Positions 13,191 to 26,300 of a stretch of DNA of 53,527 bases are shown piece after piece (position 1 is the stretch's first letter; each line of letters opens with the position of its first letter). The notes beneath the pieces are model-generated. The model was not told the DNA's origin. It saw only the letters and a program-made list of their open reading frames with translations, and made no database searches. Source of the DNA: Phoronis australis (taxonomy: Eukaryota; Animalia; Phoronida); contig NMRA01001114.1 in assembly GCA_002633005.1 (NCBI GenBank), positions 1 through 53,527 of the forward strand. The letters run 5' to 3'. A program made the translations under genes and the position numbers.

Positions 13191-15707
13191 CCTATTAAGC
13201 ACCGAATTGTTTGTACAACAGATCACGAACCATTTCCTGATTTCATTCCACATGATTTACACTTCCTGCAATCCGGGACGTCAGCTTGTGAGGCCCGGGA
13301 ACCAGGTTAGCGTCAGTCGTGCTAGTTTTGTTTACGTATAAAGCGCTATCTGTTGACAGATATAAAAGCCAATCAGAACCTCCGATGTAAAAATGGTATA
13401 AAAATGACTGGTATCTTTCCCCTAGTGGATATGCAAGGAACCAGCGAGAGTGAGACCCTAGCGTTACTGAACTCTTCTATTACGAAAGATTAATATATAG
13501 GCACAACTGAAACGATACCCTGGTTTCTGGAAAGAATTCTAGTACAGTGAGTAGCAAATCAGTAATGAATTTAAGTGTGGTGATCTCTGCGCCCAGCAGT
13601 CTGTCATGAAAATCGTGTTTTTCGGGCCGATCGGAGTTCATATAGCCGGGTTATGAAGTTTTCAGTTGCGCTAGCGGCGGGTCCGGGGATGTCGTTGGGG
13701 GCAATGCAAGATTCAGAGATTCGAGTAGGTTCAGTGATTACTAAACGTTTGAGTGTGCTACTGTTTTATCAGCAATTTGTGCTCTTTACTAGGCGATTTA
13801 TAATGTGCGCTTTGCGAACAGCATGCAAACTGTGTAATGGTGGAGCGAAAAAGTGAAACATTAGGTAGAGGAAACTAAGAAAATAGTAATTGGTTTTCAT
13901 GATTTCCACGCCATGATCATAGAGATTTTACCGCTGGACATCATCCCAAATTTATACACGAATGTTAGACGATTATTAATAGACTATAACTGGAAATGAT
14001 AATTTATAGTCGTGACATCATGTATTTAAACATTTTTGTCCGGTCAAGGTTTTGTCTTGTGTGGCCTTTTTACATTTTTGCCTAATCTTTCATATATTTT
14101 GGACTTGAGAGCACTAAATTCTTATTTTAGCACAAACGAGGTTCACCAATCGTCATGTCTCGTTTACACTTTAGTCAGGACTAAACTAACCCTCTAGAAT
14201 GCTGTGTCTCATGAACAATTGGTATTATAGAAGTGGTTTTCAAGGAATTTCGACGACGGTTTCCATTATGGCGGCAAAAAACAAACACTTGAAAACCATT
14301 TTGTTAATTCACGGTTTGCCGGTTACCCTATGATGTTGGGCGATATGGTCAGACCTAACTGAAGTGTCTTTATATTTTTTACAAAAACCGATTAAAGGGA
14401 TTGATACGACATTTCAGATGAGTAAAATTCGCCCAATTTTCCAAACGCTCCTTCTTAAGGGCAACGTAACCTTTTAGTTATTTAACAATGTAATTACACT
14501 ATGCTTAAATAGGATAAAAGCTCATTAGGATATTTTGTACGNGCAACGTAACCTTTTAGTTATTCAACAGTGTAATTACACTATGCTTAAATAGGATAAA
14601 AGTTCATTAGGATATTTTATACATTTTTGACGGCAGTTGGTTAATCCAAGGTATTTACTGAAAAAATTGAAATCATTCACAGTATCAAAAATGTAACCTA
14701 CTGACTCAAACAAATATTTTGAAATAGAAGTACCGTTTAAACTACACATCGATAACTAACAACGTTACAAACAATTAACTGTCAATGTTGAATTGCGACT
14801 AAAGCGTTCTGGGTTTGAAACATTAACGGACTAATCTGATCTTGAATTGTTGTCGAATGAGTTGACAACAAACTTAATAATGGTAAGAAAAACTGCAATT
14901 AAAGTGGAAGGTAAAATTATCACAAACACCTTAAAAGTCCACACATGCGACCACACATTTCAAAATTCTCACTCGATTGAACTCTATGCTCAGCTTTTTT
15001 CATCCTTGCCCAACTTTTTACTTTTTTATCATAAAATGGACGGTCACACTCCAAACACCCCCTTTCAAAGAAGCTTCGACCTGACCACTGAAGGCCAGCA
15101 CCGTTATGGTTTTTAGTGCCCGATAGCCGTTTTCAAAAAACATAACGTCGACTTAACACATGTTATAAAAGCAAAGTACTTACTGGGTGATGAATCTACA
15201 GATGATACTGTTCAGGCACTCCACACAATATATTTATAGATCTCGTTGTAGTAGTAATGAGGTTTCGTATGTAGCACTAGTAATCGCACGTATCTCTTGT
15301 CACAACGGCAGCGGTTTTCTGGTTCGAATAGCAATATTCAGTTGAATCTCATTGGCGGGAAATACAAGTCACGTGACAAGAGACTCAGGGTACCCCCTCC
15401 CCGTTGTTCTATTGAATGCAACCAATAAGAAGTGCAGACAAACACAGTTAGGCCACTACCACCTTAGGTACCAGGTGCGAAGTTCCCTGAGTGCAAACCC
15501 AATATGGACTTAGGCTTCCAGCATGCGTACCACATCACCGGGATTCCTTTCGATGGAATTCCCGATGTGAAGCTAAACCATCACAAAAGGCCTAATTGAC
15601 CCCATTCATAGGTAACGTACATCGCTTCTGGGTGTCGCGGTTATTTACACAGCACAAGTATAACAGTGTAAGGCGGGTGGTGAGGGGGGGCGGTCAGTAG
15701 CAGCTAN

Positions 15708-16540
15708 AAGGAAAGAAAATAGTGGGCAAAGATGATGGTTTAAATCATGAAGTATTTCAGATGTGAGACTTTTGAAAAATATTTCACGAGGACTCACTGT
15801 CGGTGATAAACGTACGCTTTAACTGTGGATTTTGTTAGCATTATTAACTGCCATTCCACGAAGTCGACTCCAGGGTCATCGCCTCAGATCTTGAAAAAAT
15901 GTGCTTTCATACGTCCCATATTTTCAAAGGTTTATTTCAAATTATCCACGCCAGTATTTTTAAGGTGGAGCATCATCAATACTTTGGCCCAATCAAATAT
16001 GTCCAGTGAGTAAAGAAATTTGAAAACGGTTCAAATGAAAGTTAGAGAACATTTTTTGTAATATTTTTGTAAAAACTGTTGAGACTGTTTATATGACGAC
16101 AATTTTTTCATTTTTAAACGGGTTTCCGTTAACCTTAATTGGAGCGCCAAAATGCGCTAAATTATGCATGTTTTTGTGTTTAGCCATTTTTGAGGTGCTT
16201 TGGGGGTCCAATTCGTGGGATGTTGGTGATTTCAGATTTTTTTTCCTTATCAATTTTCTGTGTGACTAAGAAAATAATAAATTGGGTTTTGTTCGTTTCC
16301 AACAGGCAATGAAAAGGACATACCATCTCGTATTTTACAATCCTTGACTAAGGACAGTCGCCTGTTGTAGCTCGTGAACCTCATCAAGGGGCTTCTTTTT
16401 CCAAATATATTTCTATGGTGATGACAATGACAGACGTCACATGAACTTTTTATGATTTTATTACTGCTGGCCCCCATGGTTGCGCTTTGTATAATTTGAT
16501 TTCTTTGGTGAAATTTCATAAATTTGGTCAAATAGTTTCT
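15708..16540 (+). repeat. Dispersed repeat, inverted copy of 52624-53505
   Basis: Reverse-complement similarity over ~830 bp (e.g. gatcttgaaaaaatg/cattttttcaagatc). ORFs 16250..16531(-) and 52632..52841(+) are similar. Confidence 0.85.
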
Positions 16541-17889
16541 AACTCATTTAAGTACTCTTATTCAAAACCAGATTCATGTAAGAAAACATATTTAATTGGA
16601 GATACATGAAAAAACTTATAACCACACCCACCTTGCACTATTGACTTCAATTTTGTCACATACTTTCATACTTCAGAAATAGTGGAGCTTTTCTAAAGTT
16701 TGGATCTTGAGCACAAAACTAAATCTGAAACGGCTAAATTTCTTGACTTGAGAACCAAACCCCATTCGTAACCCTTTGAATTCGAAATACTATATTTCAC
16801 CCTTTCAAAACAGTTAGAAGGCCTCAAAGTAAATCATGTAAACTGTTGAAGTTTACTAGTAATAAGTTTGGCTTCCCAATTATTTTATCCACCTATAATG
16901 AAGCATTACCGCAAAACAAATGTTTAAAAACCATACCGCGCACCTTTCAAAACTCGAGCAATCTGTAGGTAGATCCCGAGTCATGCATGTATGCAGAATG
17001 GTGCGGAATAGCATTACTAAGGTTGTGTTTGATAGACCCTAGACACTTGCAAAACACTAAGTGGCGAGAAATCTTCACTTATAGAAGGGAAACGGTTAGT
17101 TCTAGCCCATAATTCATAATTCAACCTATCCAACCAATCACATAACTCAGGGTAGCCATGGGAACATTAAACTCCCTACTTTTGATTTATAGGCTCACTA
17201 TTATGAAATTGGTTTCAAATTTTCAAATGTTAGGAGATTGCTGGGCGTCAAAAATTCATTAGTAGGTCTACTTGTTGCCGGGTCACTTGACGTAGTGGTG
17301 TGGTGTTGAATGGTTAATTCAAGTTCAGGTGTGTTCAACAACATCATTGTCTTGCGAGTGTGTTGACAGGTCACACGTTCTGCCTTCCCTTGGTGTTGGC
17401 CATGTTAAAGTCTCAGGCAGCCGCCTGATTGGCATTTTACTCTATACTTTTCCTTTTGACCGTGGGTACTTTAAGACAATATTGGTACTGCCACCAGAGG
17501 GCTCATTATGTTCCCCTATAGGTGGCGCTGGCTGTTCTCAATATGGCAGCCTCCAGCCCACAGTCCCTGTGAACACTTCTACAGGTACATTAGCTTTAGA
17601 TTCATGTATACTGTTAGTTTAGACACACAGTTCAGTTTGTCATTAGTTTATTACAGTCTGTACCCAACGTAGATCTACTCATAAGTCACGGATAGTTTGT
17701 TTGTTTTGTAGATCGCCATCATTCTTTGTCATATTGTCTGGGTGTGCAATAAGAAATAACCCATGTTTATTTAGTAATAACGGGTCACTCTAGTAATCTA
17801 GTTTTGATTGGTTTTCAAGAAATTGTGATAACTATAGCATTTGGGTGAACTAAAAGGTCCTAGGTGACACATGAACTTGCAGAGCTGAA

Positions 17890-17965
17890 AGGTTCTACTC
17901 AGGAATCAAACCCATGACCCCTGGCTCCAGAGACTTGCGTCTTCAGCAGTCAACTGAACAGTAGT
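17890..17965 (-). repeat. Possible decayed tRNA-derived SINE head
   Basis: The minus strand reads gttcagttga...ccaggggtcatGGGTTTGATTCC (A-box-like and B-box-like). No full cloverleaf. Confidence 0.25.
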
Positions 17966-17974
17966 ATCGTCCGG

Positions 17975-18100
17975 TTACCTATTTTCGTCAGGCTCCAAAG
18001 TTCGTCCGCCATCTTGTTTCGCGTGCAGCGCAACCACGCGGGACTTAGCGTTCCAATTTGGAGTGCTCGTCTTCACGTTAGGTACTAACCTCTCGGGAGA
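17975..18100. promoter_or_regulatory. CpG-enriched putative (possibly bidirectional) promoter upstream of the MAEA-like locus
   Basis: Local CpG cluster with CCGCCATCTT (YY1-like AAGATGGCGG on the minus strand), ~800 bp upstream of exon 2. Donor-like ag|gtact near 18081. Confidence 0.4.
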
Positions 18101-18860
18101 AACACGTATCAAAGTAATGAGACAAAAATCGGTGAGTTTACCGATTGTTTTTTAAAACCACTTAAAAATCAGTAGATTTTACTAATACACTTTTTTGTGC
18201 GTTTTCAGAAGATGTTTTCGAATTTAAATTTTCTTCCGACGGGACACAAAACATGATCCAGGGTTTGTTTATGCAATGTATCTGTTTGTCCCAGGCACTA
18301 GTGGGATCTAGAAGGCCAAAGGAAAACTCCGCAGACAAATGCGATACGCTGGGTTCTTAACATTTTTGCCTCACGTTCACCATTAAACTGCATTGAAATG
18401 TTGTCCAATTGGCTTTTATTGGAAACCACAGTGCAGAGCTCAACATCAAAGCTTCAAATCGAGTTTATGTCAATAAAAACAGGCTGTTGCAATTTTCATT
18501 ACTTCGTTGGCCTTTTTCTGCATGTTTCTCAGTTTTTACAAAAGAGGGCAGCATATGACGAACTTAGGTTTCACAATAAAATGGCTGCCGAAGGCAGTGC
18601 ACATTTGAAATAACTCGGCACAAATTAAAGAAAACATCCGAATCGATGAATGCGGTATATCTGTGAGAGTTAAATCGAATCCTATTCAGATCATAACTTT
18701 GAAGTGGAATAATTCGGTGAGTACAACAGCAAGTCGGTTTTATGCTTAGGCGGACGAACATTGGGTTCCCCAGTATACCTGCCTACATGTAGGTCACATA
18801 ATGTTAGTGAGCTTTACACTGATCAGGCTTGATGCGTTTGTATTAAATGCTTCTTTTTAG

Positions 18861-18932
18861 GTTCCATATGAAATCCTCAACAAGAAGTTTAGAACTGCTC
18901 AGAGAAACATTGACCGCGAGGTGACAAATGTG
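18861..18932 (+). CDS. MAEA: MAEA-like exon 2, 5' half (VPYEILNKKFRTAQRNIDREVTNV)
   Basis: Acceptor ttctttttag| at 18860. Matches human [24 protein letters not shown]. Runs into inserted DNA, with an in-frame TAG at 18957-18959. Confidence 0.88.
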
Positions 18933-19408
18933 TGCAAGAATAATTGTGACACTGAATAGTTAGGCTGCAGCCGCGGCCAATTTGCATTGCCAAAATATTG
19001 TAATTTTGGCCAAGTTTGGGGTCATTTTGCAGGTGGGCATTGCACTTGGGCGTAGTGAATGTGGTTTGTTTGTATTTGTGAACATGCTGTGAATAAAAAG
19101 GCCACTTTCTTGGCTGTAGCTACACTCTTCTTCAAGATGGCGGCCCCCAGCTGCAATTGTGCATTGTTGGGTAGCGACTGAGAAATTGGCTGTTATTTTA
19201 GGTAGCCCTCAAACAAGCAAGAGTTGCCAAAAAACTAGTTGGTTGACAGTACTGTTGGACCACTTTTTTGGAATCGGTAGGAAATTTGCTTTCAGACTCT
19301 AATGTTGGCTTTAGTCGTGCATCGGCAGGGAAGTGGGGTTTTTGGGGTGAAAAGTGCCGATTTTGCATTTTTTGCCCTTATTTTTCTTAGTCTAGCTTCG
19401 TTTTCAGT

Positions 19409-21691
19409 TGTAGTAGTATCGCGTAGTGATTCTCTCTCACTAGCCAAGTAGAATACATGTGTTTTATGTCAGACTCCAGTCGTCGTTTATATACGCAACC
19501 TGCACGTCTCTCAACATCCGTACATCGACCTGCAACCTGAACTAACGTCCAGAAAGTCACCAACCTGCGGACATTCTTCTTTCGGACTGAACATTCTGCT
19601 GACCTTGCCGAGAGACATTGTTCTGCTGTCAGCCGATATAACTGCTACGAGATCGACAAAACCGTAAGCAAAAACTGTGCATAATTCACTTACCGACATA
19701 CTGTCCACGGTTAGAAAGCGGTGATCGCCATCCGCTGTGCCATACTCGTGTGTATTTATTTGTGATCTATCTTACCTTCTCACGGCGGACTAACACTGTC
19801 TTGTGTCGTAGTAAAGTGATCCGCCTAACTCGCCTCGCTGCTGTGCGGGAACTCCTTTCCCGGTGAAAATTTGTTTCGCCTAACTAGTGGACGCTTACCA
19901 TAAATCCCAAAATGGCCGCCCATTTCCCAATTATGCGGTGGGACGGCAATGATCTGAGCAAAAACCTACTGCTATTTAAGCAGAAAATGACTCTCTATCT
20001 CGTAGATGAGGCAATTGAGGATGAAGTTAAGCGGGCTAGGAAAATCTGCCGTGGTATTGGTGATGAAGGGCTCAAGCCAGTGGGCTCAGCGATGCAGAGT
20101 CTGCATAGACCCCCAGAGGCTCAACGCCAGTCTCAAGAGATGCCCTCACAAGATCCTTACACTGGAAGAGCTCCAACCCCACTTCGCGCATGCAAAGATC
20201 TTCAGCAAGCTCGACGCCAAAGCTGGCTACTGGTCGGTCCACCTAGATGAGAAATCACAACTCCTCAGCTACCAGGAATTGAAAACCCTGGTTACTCCTG
20301 ACTGCAGACTGTTGTACTACAATAAGACAAAGACCCTCACCCTAGAGGTCGACGCCTCTCAAAAAGAACTCAGAGTTACTCTTATCGAAGACGGACAACC
20401 TGTGGCCTTGGGCTTAAAGACATTCACCCCCTGTCAATCCCGCTACTCAAACATTGAGAGGTTGGCTATAGTGTATGGAGAACAGAGATACCACACGTAC
20501 CTATACGGCAAAGCATTTGTCATCGTTACGGACCACAAGCCACTAGTCACCATATGCTCCAAGCCACTCCACTCTGCACCTCGAAGACTCCAACGAATGC
20601 TAGTGAAGATACACGGGTACAATTTTGAGATCACCTACAGACCTGGCAGCCTGATGACACTCCCCGACACCCTCAGTCGACTACCAAACCCCGAGAACGA
20701 CTCAGATATAGAACTCGATGAGAGAATCAATGCCATTAACATAACAACTGCCATCGTCAACTGCTAAGAATCCAAACAAACCCACATGCGAGAAGAAACC
20801 GCACGTGATCCAGTACTCAACTTTATCAGGGAGATCCTTTACCAAGGATGGCCAGAAAACATCAAAGACCTGCCCAAACGAGCAAGACCCTACTGGTCGT
20901 TTAGAGACGAATTAGCCGTCGAAGCTGGTGTTCTGTTCAAGGGACGGCAAATCATTATCCCAAACACGATGAAGGAAGACGTCTTGCGACAACTTCATGA
21001 CAGCCACCATGGTGTGGAGAAGACAAGAAGATTGGCCCGCGAGAGCGTATACTGGGTCAGAATAAGCGCCGATATCGAAAGGCTGTGCAAGTCCTGTCCA
21101 CTCTGTCAAGAATTCCATGTTGCCAACCCTCGTGGATGCATCACACCACACGACGTTCCCTCACGACCATGGCAACTTATTGCCTCTGACCTGTTTGAAA
21201 TCAACGGCAGACAGTACTTGCTGACCATTGACAAATACTCCAAGTTCCCTCTGCTTGATGAGATGGGTACTTCAGCCACAAGCCAAGCTGTAACAAAGAA
21301 GATAAGAGATTATTGTGCTCTGTTCGGAAGACCCGACGAGATTATGACGGACAATGGACCCCAGTAAACTGGACCATCATTCAGAGAATTCATATCGTCA
21401 TGGGACATAAAGCATGTCACAAGCTCACCCCACTATCCCTGCAGCAATGGCTTCATAGAAAGACATGTCCGTCATATTAAATCAGTGGTCAAGAAGTGTC
21501 TTCTTCAAAAGTCTGACATCGCACTTGCACTGCTCCAGCTAAGAGCCACACCCATTGACGNTACTTTTGTGACAGGAGGGATGTAGTAGTATCGCGTAGT
21601 GATTCTCTCTCACTAGCCAAGTAGAATACATGTGTTTTATGTCAGACTCCAGTCGTTTTATATACGCTTATAACGGCCAGCTATTACTACA
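19409..21691 (+). mobile_element. Internally deleted Ty3/Gypsy LTR retrotransposon (Mag-like) with very short LTRs
   Basis: TG...CA ends (TGTAGTA...TACTACA). TSD TCAGT at 19404-19408 and 21692-21696; the empty site is visible in the sister repeat near 38252. 3' LTR at 21582-21691 (110 bp) is preceded by a polypurine tract gacaggaggga. The 5' LTR matches only over 19409-~19496. Confidence 0.93.
19912..21559 (+). pseudogene. gag-pol remnant: gag N-terminus, partial RT, RNase H, integrase
   Basis: RT motifs RVCIDPQRLN and FSKLDAKAGYW, with the YxDD region deleted. RNase H motifs VDAS, RYSNIER and TDHKPL. Integrase HHCC (HDSHHG...CPLC), DLF and TDNGPQ*, continuing past the stop as SSPHYPCSNGFIER. 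Confidence 0.93.
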
Positions 21692-22524
21692 TCAGTGGGA
21701 ATGAAATGGTCAAAAATACAAGAGAGAATAAAGTTTCTGTGCTCATCTGCAGGGCTTTTTATGTGAAATAATTGAAAACATGTCATTCTTTGCATCCTGT
21801 TTTTGACAGAGTGAAGAAAAGGTGACAGATCAAGTGATGTGTGTTTTGCTGGGCAAAACCCGGTGAGAACTGTTCTGAGCCTCCAAGGCCGCTAGTGAAC
21901 GAGGTATAAAAGTGTACCGTACTGGAGTCGAGCACCGTCTTCAGCACCTTCATGTGATTGGCCCAAATCTTGCATGAAGGGGAAATTTGATGGCTACTTC
22001 AAATAATCATTAAAGGTAAAGTATTTGTGTCTCTTATATATTGGTGGAGTTTCCTATAAACTTGATGACGCAGAAGTATAGCTTTTATATTAATTATATA
22101 TATCTGTGCAATTAAAATGGATAAAATTGATCACAGTGCCTTCAATGTTTCAAGAAAATTTCTGTGCTCTTTAGTTTCTGGAATTACGATTACGAAGTGC
22201 TCTATTTTGCCCAACTGCAGAATAATCGAAAGGTGCTCCACTTTGTAAACATTCCATAGCTGAATAGGATATTAGTAACTGGCAAAGTACTCTTGCATAT
22301 TTTCCTTCATCCTCAATGGGTGTTTGTGTTTATGGTGGTGTACATTCCAATTTGTTTTAGTGTACCCCACGACACGTAGTCATGAAGGGGTTACCATTAC
22401 TATAGCAGTGCTAGTGTTTATGGTGGTGTACATTCCAATTTGTTGTAGCGTACGCCACGACACATAGTCATAAAGGGGTTCCCATTAGTCATTACTATAG
22501 CAGTGCTAGTGGCCATACTTATCT

Positions 22525-23375
22525 AAAGGTGCTCCCAATTTGATATTCTCATGGCATAAGGTGCTGCCATTTTGACATTCTCGTAGCATGCGGTGCTCCC
22601 ATTTTTACCATTCTCCTAGCATAAGGTGCTCCCATTCTACCATTGTCCCGGCATAAGGTGCTCTCATTTTCACATTCTCCTATCATGAGGTGCTCCCAGT
22701 TAAACATTCTCCTAGGGTAAGGTGCTCCCATTTTAACATTCTCCTAGCACAAGGTGCTCCCACTCTGACATTCTCGTAGCATAAGGTGCTCCCATTTTTA
22801 CCATTGTCCAGGCATAAGGTGCTCCGACCCATTTTAGCATTCTCCTAGGGTAAGGTGCTTCCATTTTAACAATATCCTAGCATGAGGGGCTCCCAGTTTA
22901 GCATTCTCCTAAGGTAAGGTGCTCCCATTTTAGCATTCTCCTAGGGTAAGGTGTTCCCATTTTAACATTCTCCTAGCATAAGGTGCTCCCATTCTACCAT
23001 TGTCCCGGCATAAGGTGCTCGGACACATTTTAACATTCTCCTAGGGTAAGGTGCTCCCATTTTAACATTCTCGTAGCATAATTTGCTCCCATTTTAACAT
23101 TCTTCTAGCACAAGGTGCTCCCATTTTAACATTCTCGTAGCATAAGGTGCTCCTATTTTTAGGTTGTCCTAGTAGAAGGTGCTCCCATTTTAACTCCCTC
23201 CTAGCAGAAGGTGCTTCCATTTTAACTCCATCCTAGCATAAAGGTGCTCCCAGTTTAACATTCTTGTAGCATAAAGTGCTCCCATTTTAACATTCTCCTA
23301 GGGTAAGGTGCTCCCAGTTGAACATTCTCATTACATATAGGGGTCCCATTTTCACATTCTCATAACATTAGGTGC
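22525..23375 (+). repeat. ~32-bp minisatellite, roughly 26 units
   Basis: Consensus aaggtgctcccattttaacattctcctagcat. Confidence 0.95.
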
Positions 23376-26300
23376 GTGGCTGAAGTTGCTCATAGAATCA
23401 AGTTGGCTTTTCATTGCATAAGGTGCTGTACTGTTGACCTTATCATAATAATATTTGTCATTTATGGGTAGAACTTTGTTTTTGAATCTTTCATTTCAAT
23501 TTTAGATATATCTCAGATGTCTTCAGACTTGACAAAGACATCATCGTGATGAGGAGTTTCCAATAGACTCGTGAAAGTATCCTGTGAGAAAATGAAATAA
23601 TGGTATCCACAAAAGGTCACAAAAGTAATGTCGGACAAATATAACAGTGAACATTCTCCAAATGTTGCTGCATTCACTTGTAACAATGTTTAAGGAAAAA
23701 TTATATCTCATTCAAGTCATTTATGTAAAACAACTCCCGTTTGGTACAGCCAGTAAGGAACATGCAAGTGTCTCAAACTTGAGCACGGAGTCAAAGGAAA
23801 CAATTTTGTTTGGACATTTTCAGATCCAGTTTTCTCTCTTCCTAAATCATAGATTCCAACCTTATTCACCCGATATTTTTGTTGAACTCTGGGGAGTAAC
23901 TTTTTATAGCGATTTTCTATGACCCCTGTATGGTTGTATGCCTGCAGCATTACAAGGCGGTGTAATTGGCTATTCTTCTCCATCGAAAGTTGAATTCCAG
24001 TCCTCCAATCTATAAAACTGTGGTGAGTGTAAGCACTTCCATGACTTTTCACTTTACTCACCTTGCTACGTAGAGATTGTAGCATTTTTGGATAGAAAAT
24101 CTACCTATCAGGACTCTATGTTTTTATCAGGCGGAGACGATGCATTCAAGGTGTCAAGTTCTGAATCGGAGAAATGTTCAATGACATAAATGTTTGAACA
24201 ATTAATTCAGGTGTATTTTCAAGTATTAGTTTAGCATCAATTGATGACAGTTCTGTATTCCAGCTCGCTGATCACTGAAATTGATGCTTGTTCTTTCCAC
24301 AGTTATTTGCTGGTGTTTTATCAACCTTCTTGTATTTTATACTCCCTTACTTCTTTTTAAATACCCTGTACTGGCCTTTTGATGTTCTGTTTGCTTAGGA
24401 TACGTCTTTTACTCATTTTTCTGTTAAGCCATGTTTTTTGTTTTGTTGTATTTCATACATTTCAGATCACTGCGTAACTGGCTTCATTTGAGCACCATGT
24501 ACCTCTCTCAGTTGCAGGCATTTTCAGATTATACAAATTACTATATACTTTGTTGAGAGGGGAAGGGGTTCTTCAGCCACTGGGAGATTTTATATTCAAA
24601 TTGATCTCTCATGACTGCAGGTCTCTAACTCATCAGTACGTAAATTGACCTTTGCCTCTGTTGGTTTCTTCACTGACACTGTTATTGCATACTGGAATAA
24701 ACTGCTGTTTAGTAAGAACTGACCGTGATGTTTTAGTAGCGGGTGAATCGCGTACCTTTGTAAATATTTTTGTTATATGAAAAGAAACCGAAAATTTGTA
24801 AAAGATCAGAGTAAGTGTAAGTACTTGATTGAAAATACTTTTGAGAATGACACATTGTCTATTTATAGTGGACATTTCGATGTTGTACACCTCTGTTTTG
24901 GTAAGTTGAATTTCATTGCTAAAAAAACAATACATTTTTCATAAGAGAAGAAAATTGTTTTAAAAGTGGAACATGTTCAAATAGAAAATGTGTAAGTATA
25001 GCATTCGCTACTTAAGGTTGTTAAAAAGTCGACTCATTTTAGCTAATGTAAGGTGTTGCAACTTTTAATCTTTGTAGAATTACAATATGCATTTCTGTCA
25101 AATTTCAGAGTTAAGTACCTTCTTCAGAATCTTCTTGTGATGGACTCAAATATTGTGACAAAGGAAAATATTAATATCAGTTGAAATAATTATTGGAAAA
25201 TCATTCAAATCTTGTCTTTTTCTTAGAAAAGAGGGGGGTTTTCTTAAAATTTGGTGATGCAGAATTATATTATACGTTTTAACTGTGTTTGCCTGTGCCA
25301 TTAAAATGCATAAATTGATCATCACAGTGCCTTGAATTTTGCTAGAAAAATTCGGTTCTCTTTTGTTTCTGGAATTACGATTACGAAGTGCTCTATTTTG
25401 CTCAACGAACAGCAAAATTTGAAAGGTGCTCCAATTTGTAGATTCCAATATCTGAATAGGATATTAGTAACTTGCCAGGTACTGTTGATGCTATGGTCAC
25501 TGCTGCAAGTAGGTGCTCTTGCATATTTGCTTTAATCTTGAAAGGCGCTTCTGTTCATAGTGGTGTACATTCCAATGCTGCTCTCAGGCATTGTGTTATT
25601 GTAAGTTTCTACATTTAAACATTGCCATAGCACTAATAAGCTGTTGAGAACTACTGCATTGTCGCACAGTTGCATGACTACACGAGCCTGTGGTCATTGC
25701 AAGGGGTGCCTCCATTTTACATTCTCGTACCATAAGGTGCTCTCATTCTAATATTCAATACATCATGAAGTTTCATTTTATTTGGTCTTCTCAATTTCAG
25801 ATACATTTGTTTGATTTCTTCCGTGACAGATATTTACAAGGACTTTTTCGTGGATGGGGAGCTTCCCGTTGACTTTTCAAAATGTGCAGTAAAAAAAGAA
25901 ACAATGGGGTACACAAAAAAGGATCAAAAAGAGTGTGTGGGATACAGGTATAGCTATAATTCATAATCCTCTTTTATTCACATTTGACAAAAGCCGAGAA
26001 GAAATGACAGCGCATTCAAGTCATTTATGTCAAGCCGGTATATCCTGAAAGGAATTTCTGTTTTGTGTAGCTACTGGCACTTAGGAACACGCGAGAGACT
26101 CGGCCCTTTCCTTGCGCATGTGCTCTTACCTCTCCGAGTAGCAAAAGACATTACCGTCTCCGGTCTTTTCTCTCTTTCTTAGCCATAAATTGTGACTGCA
26201 TGGATATTTTTCTGGTCACCTTAAGTACGCATATACTGTCCTCAACATTGGTCACGGGGGCACTTGGTTCGCAATTACGTAAAGCCTCTTGTATCCTGTG

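Larger units (their letters stand above)
7224..15682 (+). repeat. Two near-identical ~4.2 kb blocks in tandem (7224-11402 and 11404-15682), joined at an N
   Basis: Both start aaaaacttaggcctgtccatgc and end aaggcgggtggt. They differ by scattered SNPs and small indels. Confidence 0.92.
18946..21884 (+). mobile_element. Left-hand copy of the same repeat, interrupted by the Gypsy element
   Basis: Colinear with 37805-38444 once 19409-21696 is removed. Confidence 0.85.

Noticed and set aside
7224-15682. 4.2 kb tandem duplication as a real segmental duplication
   Set aside because: The copies meet exactly at an N and differ by SNP-level changes, typical of two haplotypes placed in tandem. It cannot be accepted without read depth.
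18581-18613. ATG GCT GCC...(MAAEGSAHLK*) as MAEA exon 1
   Set aside because: It ends in TAA with no splice donor and lacks the expected E(H/Y)PTLK-like motif.
22525-23375. 32-bp array as a CRISPR array
   Set aside because: Units are contiguous with no unique spacers, there are no cas genes, and the context is eukaryotic.
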